DNA of 64,000 nt, from NCBI GenBank assembly GCA_000320545.1, contig ADNK01000875.1, positions 318,559 to 382,558 on the forward strand. Direction: 5' to 3'. Below the pieces are notes generated by a model. The model was not told where the DNA came from and did no database searches. It was given only the letters and a program-made list of their open reading frames with translations. This DNA is from Bigelowiella natans CCMP2755. Its lineage: Eukaryota; Protista; Cercozoa. This document shows positions 1 to 13,813 of this stretch, one piece after another (positions within the stretch are counted from its first letter, which is position 1; each line of letters begins with the position of its first letter). A program made the translations under genes and the position numbers.

Positions 1-457
1 CAATAAGCTTATCGTCTCGTTCCTTTCTCCATCACCCCTCAGGAGGGTACAACATCTGCTGCTACTTATCATCATGCTGTTACTGTTTTGCCCTGCAGCT
101 ACTAGAAGCTTAGGCCATACAACTTAGAAGCTTAGGCCATACAACATTAAACACCATCATTTTTACCACCACTACTACTACTAATTGTGCCCCGGCCTTC
201 ATCACTATCACGTCACTTTGTAGCATCAGCATTAGCAGCAGGAGCAACACCTTGAGTAGCGCAGTGAGGATTGGAAGCAGATGAGTCCGTGGGTTGGTAG
301 GGTTGATCTTCGCCTAGAATATACAACAATATCACGCATTCGTATGCAGCATGTGCCATGATAACGTACGATTGCTACTGCTACTGCTACTACTACTACT
401 ACTACCTGCACGTCGAGCACTTGACAAAGTCCTTCAAATACCTTCGTGGTAGCCGTG

Positions 458-501
<44 letters not shown>

Positions 502-1418
502 CACATTATCATTCAGAGAAATATAGCAGCATGATGTACCTCTAAATACGTGATTCAAAGCTTCTGACATCTTACTCATGCTGCTTTCATTTTTGCCCCA
601 GTCTCCCCCCCACCACCGTCACCCTCCCTTCTTTCTCTCTCTCTCGCTGCATATGTGTGTGTGTGTGTGTGTGTGTGTGTTTGTGTTTTGATGTAAGTAT
701 AGGCGCTTTGGTGTTGTTGTTGTTGTCGTTGTTGCCTGAGGGGATCCTGGAATTGGAAGCAGCCTTTCAGCCTAAAGAAGATGATGATAATTATGACGAT
801 AGTGATGATGTTGATGATAGCCGACTATTTACCAAACACCAACGATGATGCACATGGTGCATACCAGCCAGCCAATGCAGTGTGAGCATAGCTACTATTG
901 ACTCTATTGTATATGCTGCAATCCGAACCTACCCCGCTGACGATGAACATTTTCACGATATGTAGCTTGATGTCCTTGAGATCATCCCTATGTGGTTGGT
1001 TTGTATGAGATAATTATTGATGATTGATGATGATTAATGATGATGATGATGATGGAGAAGAGGTCAAACGTGTGTGTGTATTTGTGTGTTTTGTGCGTGT
1101 TTGTGTATTTTTCGCACAAGCTTAAATATTGATATGAGGACGGCAAGGCAGGAGGATATGATGGAAGGGCGGGGGATGAAATCACGAAAAAAGAGAAGCA
1201 ACAGTTTGGGTGCTGCTGCCTATTTCATGATATTATAATTATTATTCTTATTCTTCAACTCTCTACACCGTACTACTTACAGGGGTCGTGGTTGTTTTGG
1301 CATCTCCCGCTAGAATGAGTGCCGCGGACGATGAGCAAGGTAAGAAGAATCACATGATGGCAATGACAATGACATTGATGATGATGATGATGCTATGATG
1401 ATGATGATGATAATGATT

Positions 1419-1452
<34 letters not shown>

Positions 1453-1683
1453 GAGCATAATGTGGAGAATAATGCTTGCGTGCTTCCGACAATTTCTCTT
1501 TTTTTGGTGTTATTCCCTTCAATATATTCTTTTTTAATATCTAAATTCGACTGCAAACATCGATGCCTGATGATGATGTCTCACCTTCTTGCCTTCTTTC
1601 TTGATAGACGTTCCTTTCTGTAAGCAAGAGCATGATTAGAAACACTGATCAAACCAAAGGCTCTCATCATTCCTCCCCACCCA

Positions 1684-1738
<55 letters not shown>

Positions 1739-2186
1739 TGCATGCATGCATGCATATGAAGGGATAGGCGGAGGTTGTCTTGTTGCATTTCTTTCTCATC
1801 GATTGATCTTTGGGAATCTGCTAGCAATGATGCGCGTAGGAGCAATATAACAGCTACCTCCACGCGCTTCATTGCCTCATCCCACTCCCTTTCGTCTTCT
1901 TTGGTCAATTTACCTAGTACCAAGCAAGTAGTAAATCAAGCAGATGAGACACGACGCTCATGATGATAAACGAACACGACAAAGGCGAGGAGGACGGCAT
2001 TGCACAATCACAGATTAAAATGCCAGCCTTGTGTTTGGATGAAGGTACACACAGCAGCGATGATAAATATCTGGAATGCGTCGTACGTGTTTTAGATGAT
2101 GCCTGCGTTGTCTTTCCCTTCTTCCTTTCCTCTATTTTCTTACGCTCTGCCTATTTATTTAGTAATATTTATATTCATATTTTTGT

Positions 2187-2221
<35 letters not shown>

Positions 2222-2313
2222 ACTCACATTCATTTACATCGATCTGACGAAGATGTATTTGCATTAACGTGGTCTTACCACAACATAACAAAGAATTGAG
2301 GAGGAAATATTCA

Positions 2314-2356
<43 letters not shown>

Positions 2357-2384
2357 TAAGCCGGTGCGCACGGTTCGGTAAATA

Positions 2385-2425
<41 letters not shown>

Positions 2426-2814
2426 AAATTAGTATCAGAAAGAAAATAAAATTATGCACGCAGGGGGCGGACAGACAAACAGACAGGCAGCCATTGATGC
2501 ATTCCCAACCCTTTTTCGCTGATATGATGATGATGATGAAGAAGAAGAAGAAGAGGAAGATGATGATGAAGATGAAGATGAAGATCATTATCCCCTTATT
2601 CCTCATCCGCCTTCTTTTTCTTCTTCTTTTCTTCTTCTTCTTCTTCTCTTCTTCTTCTTCTTCTTGCTTTTGTTGCTTTTCTTCTTTTCACCACCCTCCT
2701 CTTTCCTTCCTTCCTACTACCTCTAAGATGCTCTTGACTTCGCTCACAAGCTCGGGGTCCACTACTAATGCGAACTCCTTTTCCTAATTTTGCATCGTCG
2801 TGGCCCATACGTGC

Positions 2815-2855
<41 letters not shown>

Positions 2856-3308
2856 CACATTAAACTCGCAACACACATACCATCATCGTTCCAAAGGCAG
2901 GAGATTCACAATCATCGAATACGATTTTGAGCACAGATCGTTCAATTTTTACACCATCATCACTCACCTACCAAGCGAGGCGCTACATACGGAAGAATTG
3001 CATGATAAAATTGTTTGTATCCTTCTAGCTATGTGTTTGAGTGTGTTCCACCCACCCACCTCGTTATTGCTTTCAGCTTTCTGAGCGATGGCTAAGATGG
3101 GGGCAGCTTCCTCCTCAAAATCTTTCTCCTTGGCCCTTAAAGGTAGTAAGTAGTAATTGTGGTATAAGTAGTAGTAATAAGTAGTAGAAGTAGTAGTAGT
3201 AGTAGTAGGAAGAGGAGGAGGAGGAGGGTGAGAAATGAAAGAATAACGATAGTAATTATGCTAGGAGCAGGAGAAGCAATAGTGAGTGAGTGGGGCAATA
3301 TCTTCATA

Positions 3309-3370
<62 letters not shown>

Positions 3371-4998
3371 TTTCTCTCACTTTCTCTCTCTAACACCAAA
3401 GATAGGGCAGTAAACTTACAAGTCGCCAAAAGGGTCCTCAGCTGCACCCATTGCTAAGATCTCTGAGAAACGCTCCTTCAACATGCTTGGTGGTGGCCGA
3501 AGCAACCAAAGCAGGACCGGAGTATCAAGAGTCGGAGGAGGAGGAGGAGTATAAAAACACACAAAGAAATCGCATTCGCTCAGGGATCGCTTCGATTTGT
3601 GCCCGATACTCAACGTGTTGTCGCCCATGATTGCTTGCTATTGCTGGCGGTGTATTGATGTCATCATCATGTGATCTTCGGGTGCGGTGTCGTGTATATA
3701 AAGAAGGCGGTCGTTGCTTGTGCGGGAAACGACGTACAGAAAGGTAGCGGACGGCACAGCATCCTGCAAGTGGATATCCGGGCAGATGTAGCTCAGATTG
3801 AACAATGTCCGCAGGATTTCCGTGCACAGCATCCGAGTCATCTAGTTGTTCGTTGCAGCACAAAGCGGCATTGATGTTATCAACAGGTCGGAGCAGCATC
3901 TAATACAGCGGATTGCTATTTTGGGTGTAGTCGAATGAAAGGAGGAAGAAATGATGAGGAGTTGGTTCTTCAGTTTGTTCTCGCGAGCACCACCTTCTTG
4001 TCTTCGCTTCCATCTTCCATCACCGAACTAGGGGAGAGGCTCTGTAGCAGCTGCTCGGAGAGCATGGTGTACAGACAGGAGCTCCTGCCGCACATTAGCG
4101 ATAGAAATCAAGGTGATATCATCGATATGAATACAAATTGTCACAAAAGGTTGCCCCCCCCCATCATCACATACGACATCGCTCGATTGGCGGGCAACCA
4201 CCGCAAAAACACGACTCCGCTGCATGATAAAGTACACAACAATGAAACTTAGAACTAAGCGGGACATTCCCTCTGAACCTTCACACAAGACACGGCAATG
4301 ATAAGAAGAATACTCCGCAATTTTTGGAATAATGACGATGTACATGTACGATATCTGAATATGTTCAAGTACTTGTCCGAGGGCTGAAGCTTGCTCGACA
4401 CGCTCTTGACGAGTACAAGGTAGAAGAGAATACGCATTAAACAGTAATGCGCCCGTAACTGCTTCGACTTCGCATGGCTGCAATGATATGCAATATTAGC
4501 AAGGGGGGGAACATATGCTGACGATGATAATGATGATGGTGGTGGTGGTGATAATGGATGATCACATGCACGCAAGCAACAGGATAGCATGAGAATGATA
4601 GCTTCTCAAAAAAGGGGAGGGTAAGCTTCTACATGCCACTTACTAAATAAGGTTCCTGATGAGAAAAGACACATTGACTGCTGCATCCTCCATGAGTTTG
4701 TTTGTTTTCAGCCGATCCACAACGAACATGTTGACCGTCAGAGCGTACGCCTTCCGATAGTTTAGAAGACATATCATCAGTTAAGTCTTGTTGCCAGCGA
4801 TAGCATCATCATCAGCAACTGCTAAATGAGGTTTCGACCTGCTCTGTAGCTTCAAGAACTTTCTTGCTTTCTGGAGCGACTTTGAACACTGACATCAACG
4901 CCTCTACCGTCTTCTCGCATACAAGAACATACGTATTAGCTGCTCTAGCTACTTTGGATTATACCAATATCATTCAGTAAGTGACATTGTCCTAGATG

Positions 4999-5046
<48 letters not shown>

Positions 5047-5958
5047 TCTCATAATTTTCATCTTGCTTCCACCAGACCTTCGTCGTAAGCAAAGCGTCCA
5101 ATCCTCTCATCTCGCGCGTTAAGATCTTCAAGGTGCTCAAGTGTAACTCTGTCAACAATTGTCCACAACCATCATACCGATGTGTTATGGGTCAGCGGAG
5201 AACACGGAGAAGAAGATCGTAAAGAAGAGGAGGAGGAGGAGTAGGAAGAGGACAAGGAGGAAGTGGGGAGGAGGAGGAGGAGGAGGAGGAGGAGGAGGAG
5301 GAGAAGGAAGAAGAAATGAGAGGGGTCTGACTTATATATTCCCAATCAGGTTTGGCTTGGGTGGTAGAATCCAGGATCTCCTTGACAATAGCCGGTATGA
5401 CAAGGTTCTTGTCCTTCAAACTGTATTGATTTTGCTGAGTGTCGCCTGAAACATGCAGCAGACAGATATTTTCAGAGCATTAATTTTCGGTGTCCCCCCT
5501 CATTCTCCAAATGTCTCTCACTAATGGAAGCATTCGTCAGTAAGGCAGAGGCAAAAAAGTTTATCATCGTCGAAAATTTCATCTTTGTCGATGCAATGGT
5601 GGATTCCGGAAGCTACACCTTGATGCTTTGAGATGAATTCGCTGAGTAGGCCAGCCCATCGTTTCCGGTTGGCCACGGCATCTTTGCTATCACCTGCTGT
5701 CTCATTGGCCAGCTGGACAAAGGATTCCATTGTCTCGTCGACCCCTTCGTTAGTGTACGTGGAGCGCAGAGAGATAGGGCTGTGTAGTGCTTCTCTCCTC
5801 CTTCGAGTTCCTCGATTCTGTCTGTATTGCACGTCTGCTGCGACTACCTGCACAAGAGGAAATTGGTACAAAACGGAGGGCTTTCTTCCCATACGTCTGC
5901 ACATTTCTTGGTGCTCTCGCTTTTTTCGAAGTCCGGACACGAACGCCGACAGGCCCAT
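1..5958 (-). CDS. Multi-exon gene of unknown function, probably helical-repeat-like; 3' end probably outside the window
   Basis: Coding-like blocks bounded by AG/GT between microsatellite introns: 5521-5958, LVIPAIVKEILDSTTQAKPDWEY (~5335-5445), LTELHLSTLKILTREMRGLDALL (~5080-5160), LCTEILRTLFNLSYICPDIHLQ (~3765-3835), EKEFALVVDPELVSEVKSILE (~2720-2785), KRVEVAVILLLRASLL (~1800-1920). No family recognised; exon structure not fully resolved. Confidence 0.55.
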
Positions 5959-6280
5959 GCATGGTCAAGAATTCATCCTATTTCTGTACAGGCTGTACAT
6001 ACTTCAATAATGTCGATTAGATCTAATGCAACTCTCTCGCTGTGAGAAAGCAGAGCTCCAAACAGAGGTAGTCGGAGCTGAAACGGTCTCTTCTCTGCAT
6101 CTTACTCAGTTTCCAAAGTGATTTGTTCTGCAAGGTCTGCTCCCCCCATCAGATATTTAATCCTACCCATCGCCTTGCTTTGCATAGATCTATCACGTGC
6201 CTCAATACGAGTAGAATTTGATTGTACGATGAAGTTGAGAGTTACTTTTCTGAATTTATGCACAGGTAAAGACGAAAAGC

Positions 6281-7678
6281 ATGCTCGGACGTATTTGTGC
6301 AAAGTTCCTTAAAAAGACCGGCGCTCGTGCTGCTGTGACTGCTGGTTTGTGCACTGGGGCTGCTGCTTACGCATACGTTGCTGAGGCCAAACAGACCACT
6401 ATCGACATCAACCAGGCCATCGCGTAAGTTAAGGGAGGGTAAAGGGGTAGAGTTGTCAACCTGATAAGAAATTATGTGTGTGACACTTCAACGTGAAGCA
6501 ATTGGTGCAAATCTAAGAGGTTGTGGTGCTATGCCAGGTACCCTTCCATCCTCGACGTTGTTGGATACCCTTGTCCTCCTAAGGATGTCCTCGGAGATCT
6601 TTCTCTTCTGGATGCTCAGCCAGTCAATCCTAAGGGAACTGTGTACCTGCTTGAGGTACGTGGGGGACGTGATAAACGTCCAGCTGGTCTCGGCCACCGC
6701 CCAGATTCAGTCCCAATCTGCAACGCTATCATTGCAGAAGGATATAAGTGCGTTCCCATCTTCTATTCCGATGTGAACTATGACAAGGTCGAAGCACTTC
6801 TCAAAGATGCAGACGGCGTCGTTGTCCGCATCAACCCTGGCGAAGTCCAGGGAGTTACTAATGCCAAGGTTGAGGGACTTCTGCGTCGACTTTCGAAGAT
6901 GGGAGTTCCATGTATGGCCCAGCCTGAAGTCCAGCTTCGCATGGGAGCGAAGGATTCTCTGGTTTCTATTCGCAACCTATCCTGCGGTATGCCAGACACC
7001 TATGCATACTACGAGATCCCAAATATGTGGAAAACCTTCCCAGAAACCATCAAAGATGGTCCTCGTGTTATGAAACAGAACCGTGGCTCCCAAGGTGAAG
7101 GAATCTGGATCTGCAAACGTGCTGACGGAAAGTACGGAGCTCCTATTACTCTCGATACAGAGCTCGATCTAATGGAAGCAGTCGACAACCATACGGAGCG
7201 CAAAACGCTTAGGGAATTTCTGAAATTCTGCGAGCAGTACATTGTTGGAGAGAATGGGCAGATCGTTGATCAGCGCTTCCTTCCTCGTATCGTAGAGGGG
7301 GAAGTACGCTGTCTCAATATCTTAGATGAGACCGTTGAGCTTATCCACAAGAAGCCAGCTGAAGGAGGCCTCTCCGCCACGCTTGGATCTGGTGCTACGT
7401 ACACCACATACAAGCCTGATGCTCCTGAATTTTCGAACCTGATTGAAGCATTCGAAGCAGATAAGCCAAAGATCATGGCTTCTTTCGGTCTTCCAAATGA
7501 ACCGTTCCCGCTGATCTGGACTGCAGACTTCATTTTTGGCCCGAAAAATGCTGAGGGTAAAGATACATTCTTTGTTGGTGAATTCAACTGCTCTTGTGTT
7601 GGTATTTCTAGGCAGTTGTATCTTGCCCCTAAGGTGGCTAAGGCTGTTGATCGCGTCATTACCTCTTCCAAGAAGTAA
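6281..7678 (+). CDS. Cj0069-family ATP-grasp-fold protein with N-terminal mitochondrial-type presequence; 2 coding exons (6281-6423, 6538-7678)
   Basis: Motifs EVRGGxDK, VVVRINPG, MGAKDSLV, RVMKQNRGSQGEGIW, DQRFLPRIVEGEVR, LIWTADFI and GEFNCSCVG match the Cj0069 family as I recall it. Exon 1 MLGRICAKFLKKTGARAAVTAGLCTGAAAYAYVAEAK joins in phase through intron GTAAGT(6424)...CCAG(6537). Confidence 0.85.
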
Positions 7679-7917
7679 TAAACATGTCTTCTCGATCTAC
7701 AACAGACTGAACAATAGCTCTGCAGTTGCTCACAGTCTTTGATATACTCATTGCAACGACGCATCGATCACGCACCTCATTTGTTTGTTAGCGATGTGCA
7801 CATATCTAGAAAAGGACTCAAGAACTGCTGCGCGCAGCGCGCGACAACATCGGTCGCATGAGGACGCTTTCAAATGCATGAAGCACGTGGTGGCAGAAAC
7901 CAACAGACACAACATTA

Positions 7918-7996
7918 GCGCTGTAGCCGCTGCATTGCACAGCTACATCAGGATGACCATTGAAAAAATTTAATTCTTCATTACATCCGTCTCACA
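7918..7996 (-). repeat. Dispersed 3'-flank element, copy A (TGTGAGACGGATGTAATGAA core plus TGTAGC..GCTACA hairpin)
   Basis: Near-identical to 17666-17750; core also at 41440-41467 and, on the opposite strand, at 59583-59701. Confidence 0.85.
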
Positions 7997-8300
7997 TATC
8001 TAGATGAATGCGATACTAATCATTGAATTTTTTAAGTTGCTGTTGCATGTGTATTTGTCATTCATCATAAAATGTATTCGCAAAGAGCACATGCGGCGCC
8101 ATTATGGCGCAGCTAATGAACAAATCTAGACGAACGGTAATACATGTATGCTTACATAGCATGTTGTACATAGCTGCGAGTAGCGAATGGCGCATTCCAA
8201 TTATGCTCATCATATAATAATAAATTTATTGGATTTTGAATTATAAATATTTTTCTCCAGTCATTTCTTATCATGTACAACGATACTCCGCAGTGTCGCT

Positions 8301-11300
8301 TCACTTGTCATGAACGATGCACACAAGAATTCGAACGGGAGATATGTAGCCAGGCAGCCTGTGAATCTTGGCAGCGACACAGAATCTAGGATTCCTGTCT
8401 GATCTAACCTTCAGCATGCGGTCAATACTCCCGATCACCTTGTCAGAGATTCGGCTAGCGTCGGCATGCTTGAAGAAGAACATCCTCTCCTCGTACTTCT
8501 GGGCGCTGGGGATGGATTCTAAAATTTCACTTAACCAGATTTCCTTGTACCTTTCAATGTCGCGATATCCATTTACCTCGCCATTGGCATCTACGCCTAC
8601 AACCTCGTTATTCTCTAGCTGGTACTCACGTATCTCTTTTTTGATAAGGTTGGAGTCCCGTGGAATGCCATGCTTACATTCCTCCTCTAGGCGCTTCTTA
8701 AGATATACGTGGGCAGTGTCGTCCTCACCCTGGAGCTGCTCCTGGAAGGGGAACTTCTGCAGAAACTTGGTTTCTTCGCTCTTGAACTCCCGGTAGCTCT
8801 GGATGGCGTCCTCGACGACGTGCCTCATAGTTCTCTCTTTTATGTCCACAACCTGCTCACGGGCTTTGGTGCCTACCATTGTCTTATCCGGATAGAAGGG
8901 CTTAATAATGCTGTCTTGCCCTTGCCAGAAGTACTTCTCCCCGTCATCCCGAAGCTTGCCTTCCTTGTTCTTATTTTCATATCGGCCCTTGAAAGAGCGC
9001 CAACCATACTCGTTGGTGAAGTCATAGGAGATTAACCCTGGATCGGGGGTCTGAAGGTTGGCGTACACGTTCTTGTTGTTGAAAACAACGTCGATCACTG
9101 TGTACGGAAGGTCGCTCTGACCTTCCTCATTGTCGTGGTTCCTCTCTTGTTTGTTAAGCCACACCTCTTCTTCCTTCTCGTCATTCACAAGCCGGGACTT
9201 CGCATCTTCACGCAGCTTATACTGGAAACGCTTTCGCTCCCGGATTGCCTTAATCCTAGACACATGCTGGGAGTGATGGATGTCGATCTCCTCAGCGTCG
9301 TCGTCCTCATCAAAATCATCTTCAGCATCCTGGTATTTGAGGTTCTGTTCGATATACTCTCCATCCGTGAGGTTGGGTGCGGGAAGCTGCTGCTTCTTTC
9401 CTTGCTTGAGGCGGCGGTTCAGACGCACATATGTTTTCCCCTTGGAGCACTCCCAGAACCGGATGGTCCTAGGGAAGTTATTATCGTTACTGTCCGGATC
9501 CTCCCTCGTCATTACCCACACGTGCTCCTCCTCCCCGTGTTTAGTGCGTGCCCTGCCCACACACACGTATGCGTCGAGTTGGCGACCGAGCAGAAAATTG
9601 CACAAAAGGATGGCATGGTCTCTGTGATCGCCACGGCGCTTATCCAAAAAGTACCACGGATCAGACCACACACGGAGGCCTGGAGCAGTCTCGTCGAGCT
9701 CATCCTGGCGCTTTTTGGCCTGGATATAATTGTCTGTCGTTTTGCGTAGCACAGTTTCGATCGATGTGACATAGTAAAGGAGTGAGCTGAGCGTCTTAAT
9801 CTCTGCAGGAGGCACCATAACCGACAAGAACGTGGGCAGATAATATATACCGCCTGAGAATTCGTCGATACCGCAAAATGCAAACGTACGCTTTTTGAAC
9901 TCTGGCACGGAATCGAGCGCTTGGAGCCAAAAAGCACGCGCTTGCTTGAGCTTAGGCGGTTTAACTCCCTCATCGCGCACAAGTTTCTTGTTGTGCTCGC
10001 GGTTACCCCTCTTTTTCTTGTTCTTGCGAGGCTTCTCCTTCATCTTTCTGGCGGGCCCAACGCGCTTACCGTTGCCCATCTCGAAGTAAAGCTTAAGCTC
10101 GATATGGCGATCGGGTGCTTCGTGGTTGGCAACTGGTGACTTGAGCTTCTGCTTGGTAGAATACACGTACCGGCTTACGAGTCCTGACTTGCCAAAGCTC
10201 GACTCAATGAGCTCGGGTTTACGGTTGTTGAAGATCTGCTTGAAGTCAATCTCACAGTAGCCAAGAGGTGCCTTGGAGAAACCGGTGCTGTCCCAGACAT
10301 TGATCATGACCTTGGAGCCGACCCACTTGATAAAGTTATTCAAGTCAAGATTGACGCTATCGAGAGCCCCTTCCGGGCAATCGACTTTGAAGAAAACGGT
10401 TTCGTTCCAGAAGGGGTCCGGGTTGTCCTCCTTCATGTCGATCTCCCGCCGAATCTGCGCCCAGTCTACGGTCACACTAGGATTCAGCGATTCCTTGTAC
10501 TCAGTGAGGCTTTGTAGCCCCTTGGCACGAATGATATTGACGGCGAGATATAGTGTGTTCTTTTCGAATGAGAACCATTTATTGCCACCAGAAGGCTTCC
10601 CAACGTTACCGAGCTGACGATACCGAGGCTCGTTCAGAGTTTCTATCACTCCCTTAACGTTGGTAGCTTTCGCCTCGTCAAACTCGTTGCAAATTTCGAA
10701 CGGGTCGCAGAACCAGAGGATTGGACAAAATGACTTGCGATCAAGGATGACGTCGTAGAGGATAAGATAACCATAGTCAAGCTTGCCCTGCAGGACGTCC
10801 TTAGCAGAGCCGATTTGCGGCCCATGGATGCAGTTGAAGCATGTCCATGACCACATCCAATTGGACAATCGTTGAGTGCATCCCGGATACAAGTTGCAAC
10901 AGCAGCAATTTAGGCATGCCGAACCCTTCCAGAAGTAAATCTGGATGTGTTCATCCTCGAGTGCTGAGCGAGTTCCATAGTAAGTGATGGTCTGTGAGGT
11001 ACTCCCTTTTTCATACTCAGGAACGGATGTGTAAAGTAACCCGCCACCATCCTGATAACATACGGATAAAAGTTAAAGACGACGATGAGGAGGAATCTAA
11101 GGATGAGTCCCCACCAATTATACGGCGAGAGAATTGGAATTTTGCAAAATAAATTCATTTACATGTGCGGATGTGGGCATCGCCTCAATCAAATGACATG
11201 CTCAATCATCACTCCAACAAAAATGGTCACCACAACTTGACCTCAAGCAAGAGAAACGAGATAAAGGATAGAGGAGACTGACTGCTTGTTGCTTTTAAAA

Positions 11301-12826
11301 GCTGGTATTCGCTAGTGATGATAGTGGTAATTGTGCATCTGTTCGAGTTCTAGTTACCGGAGTTGTGAAGGCGTGGGTGTCAACGGAAAGCCATGGGCAT
11401 TTCCATCCACAAAAGCAAACATCACAGCACCAAGCAATAGGGGCTAAGTCGCAACATCGTAGATCTTTGTAGGGTATACAATGATACGTTAGTGCTTGAG
11501 AAACCTCACTATCACATATTTGTGCGAGCGAGCCGCACAGCTTGGATGTGTTGTCCATATGGAAGCCAAGGACTAGAGGGGGGTTCGCTGGGAACCCTGA
11601 ACAGCCTAAAGAATTGGAATCTAGAGAATCTCCGTCTTCCAGTTCAATTTTCCATCTGTACAATCATACAATTGATCTGAGTATATTGTTATGATAATGC
11701 AATACGTGCTCGCTCCGATACCCGGAAGTGAAACGTGCAGGGTATTTGATCACAGGTTTTTGTTCAAAAATTGCGAAAGTTTACTGGTTAGGTAGAAAAG
11801 ATGAATAGAGAGCAGATATTCTATCGAAAATTCTTTGTTCTTGTATACTTTGAAAACTTGATCTGGAAGTTAAAGATCTCCTCCAATTCGAATTTGAAGT
11901 TGCATATAGCAAAAGCTTCCTCACGAACAAGTTTGCTCTCTTGCCACCGAAATATTATTTCCTCTCGCTCGATCTGCGACTGTGCAACATCAGCCAAATT
12001 TAGCTCATGAACGCCTAACCACTGGTTGGGCCTAAAAGAATCGGCAATATGCCAGATTCGAATTGTCAAGTATTCGTTTGCTAATGCCGGGTAGCTGCCG
12101 TGCCAAAGCCCCTCAACTTCCTGATCCCCGAATTTTATAATGATTTCATCAGTGGACTGTGATCCCTCCACTGGCATCAAGCGTGTGTACCACCGGTCTG
12201 CTGCTTTCGAGAATATTCTTGTTTCTGTAGTCTTTTTGGGAATAGCTATTTCTGTCTTTTCGCCGCCCTTAGACTCTTTCTTTACAGTTTTACTTTCTGC
12301 TAGGTTAATTTCTACGTCTTCGCGCTTGCCACCTATAACAAATTCCATGAAGATTGAGGAAAGACCCTGTTTTTTGCCAGTAAGCTTCAAGCGAATGTTT
12401 GAAATGCGGAATCTAAATGTCCTGCCTTTCTGCTGCGTCTTTGCTTTTTCTTCTTTATCTGCCAGGTCGTCAATCTCTTCTCTTTCTTCTTTAATTTTCG
12501 TTGCTTCTTCCTTCTCCAATTCATCTTCGTTCCCCTTTTCAGATGCTCTTCTCTTTTTCTTCGCTTTAGATTTCTTTGATTTTGATTTAAAGCCAAAAAG
12601 CGTCCTTGGTTTATTTTCCTTCTTTTCTTCTTCTTTGCGCATGTTCGTCATTTCAACATCTTCCTTCCCCTCTCTTGATGGTGAAGACTCTCGCCCGATC
12701 ACTTGGTCATCATCATCTTTGGACATGTCACTTTCATCGTCCTTGTGCTCTAATGGTGCCAGTTCATTATCATCGTCGTCAAAATCATCGCTTTCGAGAC
12801 CGCCACCATGCTTATAATCCGCCATC
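8301..12826 (-). CDS. C2-domain and transglutaminase-like domain protein, CC2D2A/CEP76-like (ciliary or centriolar)
   Basis: C2 segment LAVNIIRAKGL..LNPSVTVDW..PDPFWNETVFF..INVWDS; TGL segment VWSDPWYFLDKRRGDHRDHAILLCNFLLG..DAYVCVG..EHVWVMT..FWE..LPYTVIDVVFNNKNVYANLQ. Exons about 11821-12826 (start MADYKHGG), 11300-11660 and 8301-11051. Confidence 0.8.
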
Positions 12827-13771
12827 TTCAATAGGCCCCGTGTGGATTTAAGTCTGCATATGGACATAAATTATTATGAATCTAAAATTGCAATGGCACA
12901 AGCACAGACATATCTCGCCAAAGATTGTTGGGAAATTTATGAGACATCGAAATGCTTCAGTGAAAACTTGTTTCGAAAATGTACAAGAGCTATTTCTTCA
13001 ACAGACAATTTAGCTTTTGTGGCAGATAGCCAACGGCTCCGCACACGTCCCAAATTTTGAGTGAGAATCCCCTCCTTGGGATAATACTCGATACACTTAG
13101 TTTGATATCATTTGAACCATTACCAAAGAAGGGAGGCCGTGACGATGGTCCCACGTAAAGCCTGCGCTGAAGCCGATGTCTACTATTGTAACTAATAGCT
13201 TCACTCACTCCTGAGGGGCTGAATTGGCGGAAATAAACACTTTCTCTGGATGATAGTTGCCGCACATTTTCAGCTGAGACAATCTTTAAAATATGTCGAA
13301 AGGAGAGTTATCTCTGCATTATTTCTAGAATTCTGATCAAATTAATTTGTGTGTTCGTGTCTTTCAGACTCATCCACGAGAACACAAGATATTTTCCTTC
13401 CAAAAAAGGAAATTCAAGTCTCTCTTTACGAAAAACGTCCTGAATTCCTGCATGTTTTTGATATCACTGATGTCGATCCATGTTTGTTGGCTCGCCGAAA
13501 TGGAAATGTAGGCCAGAGACATGAGGAAAATGTTGCTTTCGCTTTGCTTTGAGGCTGTCGTAATTTACAAGTGCATGGACAATCTATGACATTTCGCGTC
13601 TGCAGACCCATTTATTTGAAAACCAAAGCTCGCCCAGCCTACGTGATCGATCACCATGGATCATCTTCATTTCACTTTATAAATCGAAAATCGGGAAAAC
13701 CCGATGTTCGCAATATGGGTCCATTTAAGGTGAAACCGAAACCATCTAAGAATGTTTGCTATACACATATA

Positions 13772-13813
13772 CACAGTAGTCCTTAAGGTGTAAACACCTT
13801 AAGGACTACCGTG
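13772..13813. repeat. 42-bp near-perfect palindrome (20-bp arms, 2-nt spacer)
   Basis: CACAGTAGTCCTTAAGGTGT-AA-ACACCTTAAGGACTACCGTG; one mismatch between the arms. Confidence 0.9.

Noticed and set aside
3311-3345. Long poly-C tract as a functional G-quadruplex
   Set aside because: Intronic homopolymer among many simple repeats; length unreliable and no specific evidence.
3638-3841. Ric8/synembryn-like call for gene 1 from EILRTLFNL
   Set aside because: A single short resemblance with no other family motifs found.
7918-7996. Dispersed element as a CRISPR repeat, SECIS, snoRNA or spliced-leader gene
   Set aside because: Copies are kilobases apart with no spacers; no conserved SECIS quartet, C/D or H/ACA box layout, or splice donor across copies.
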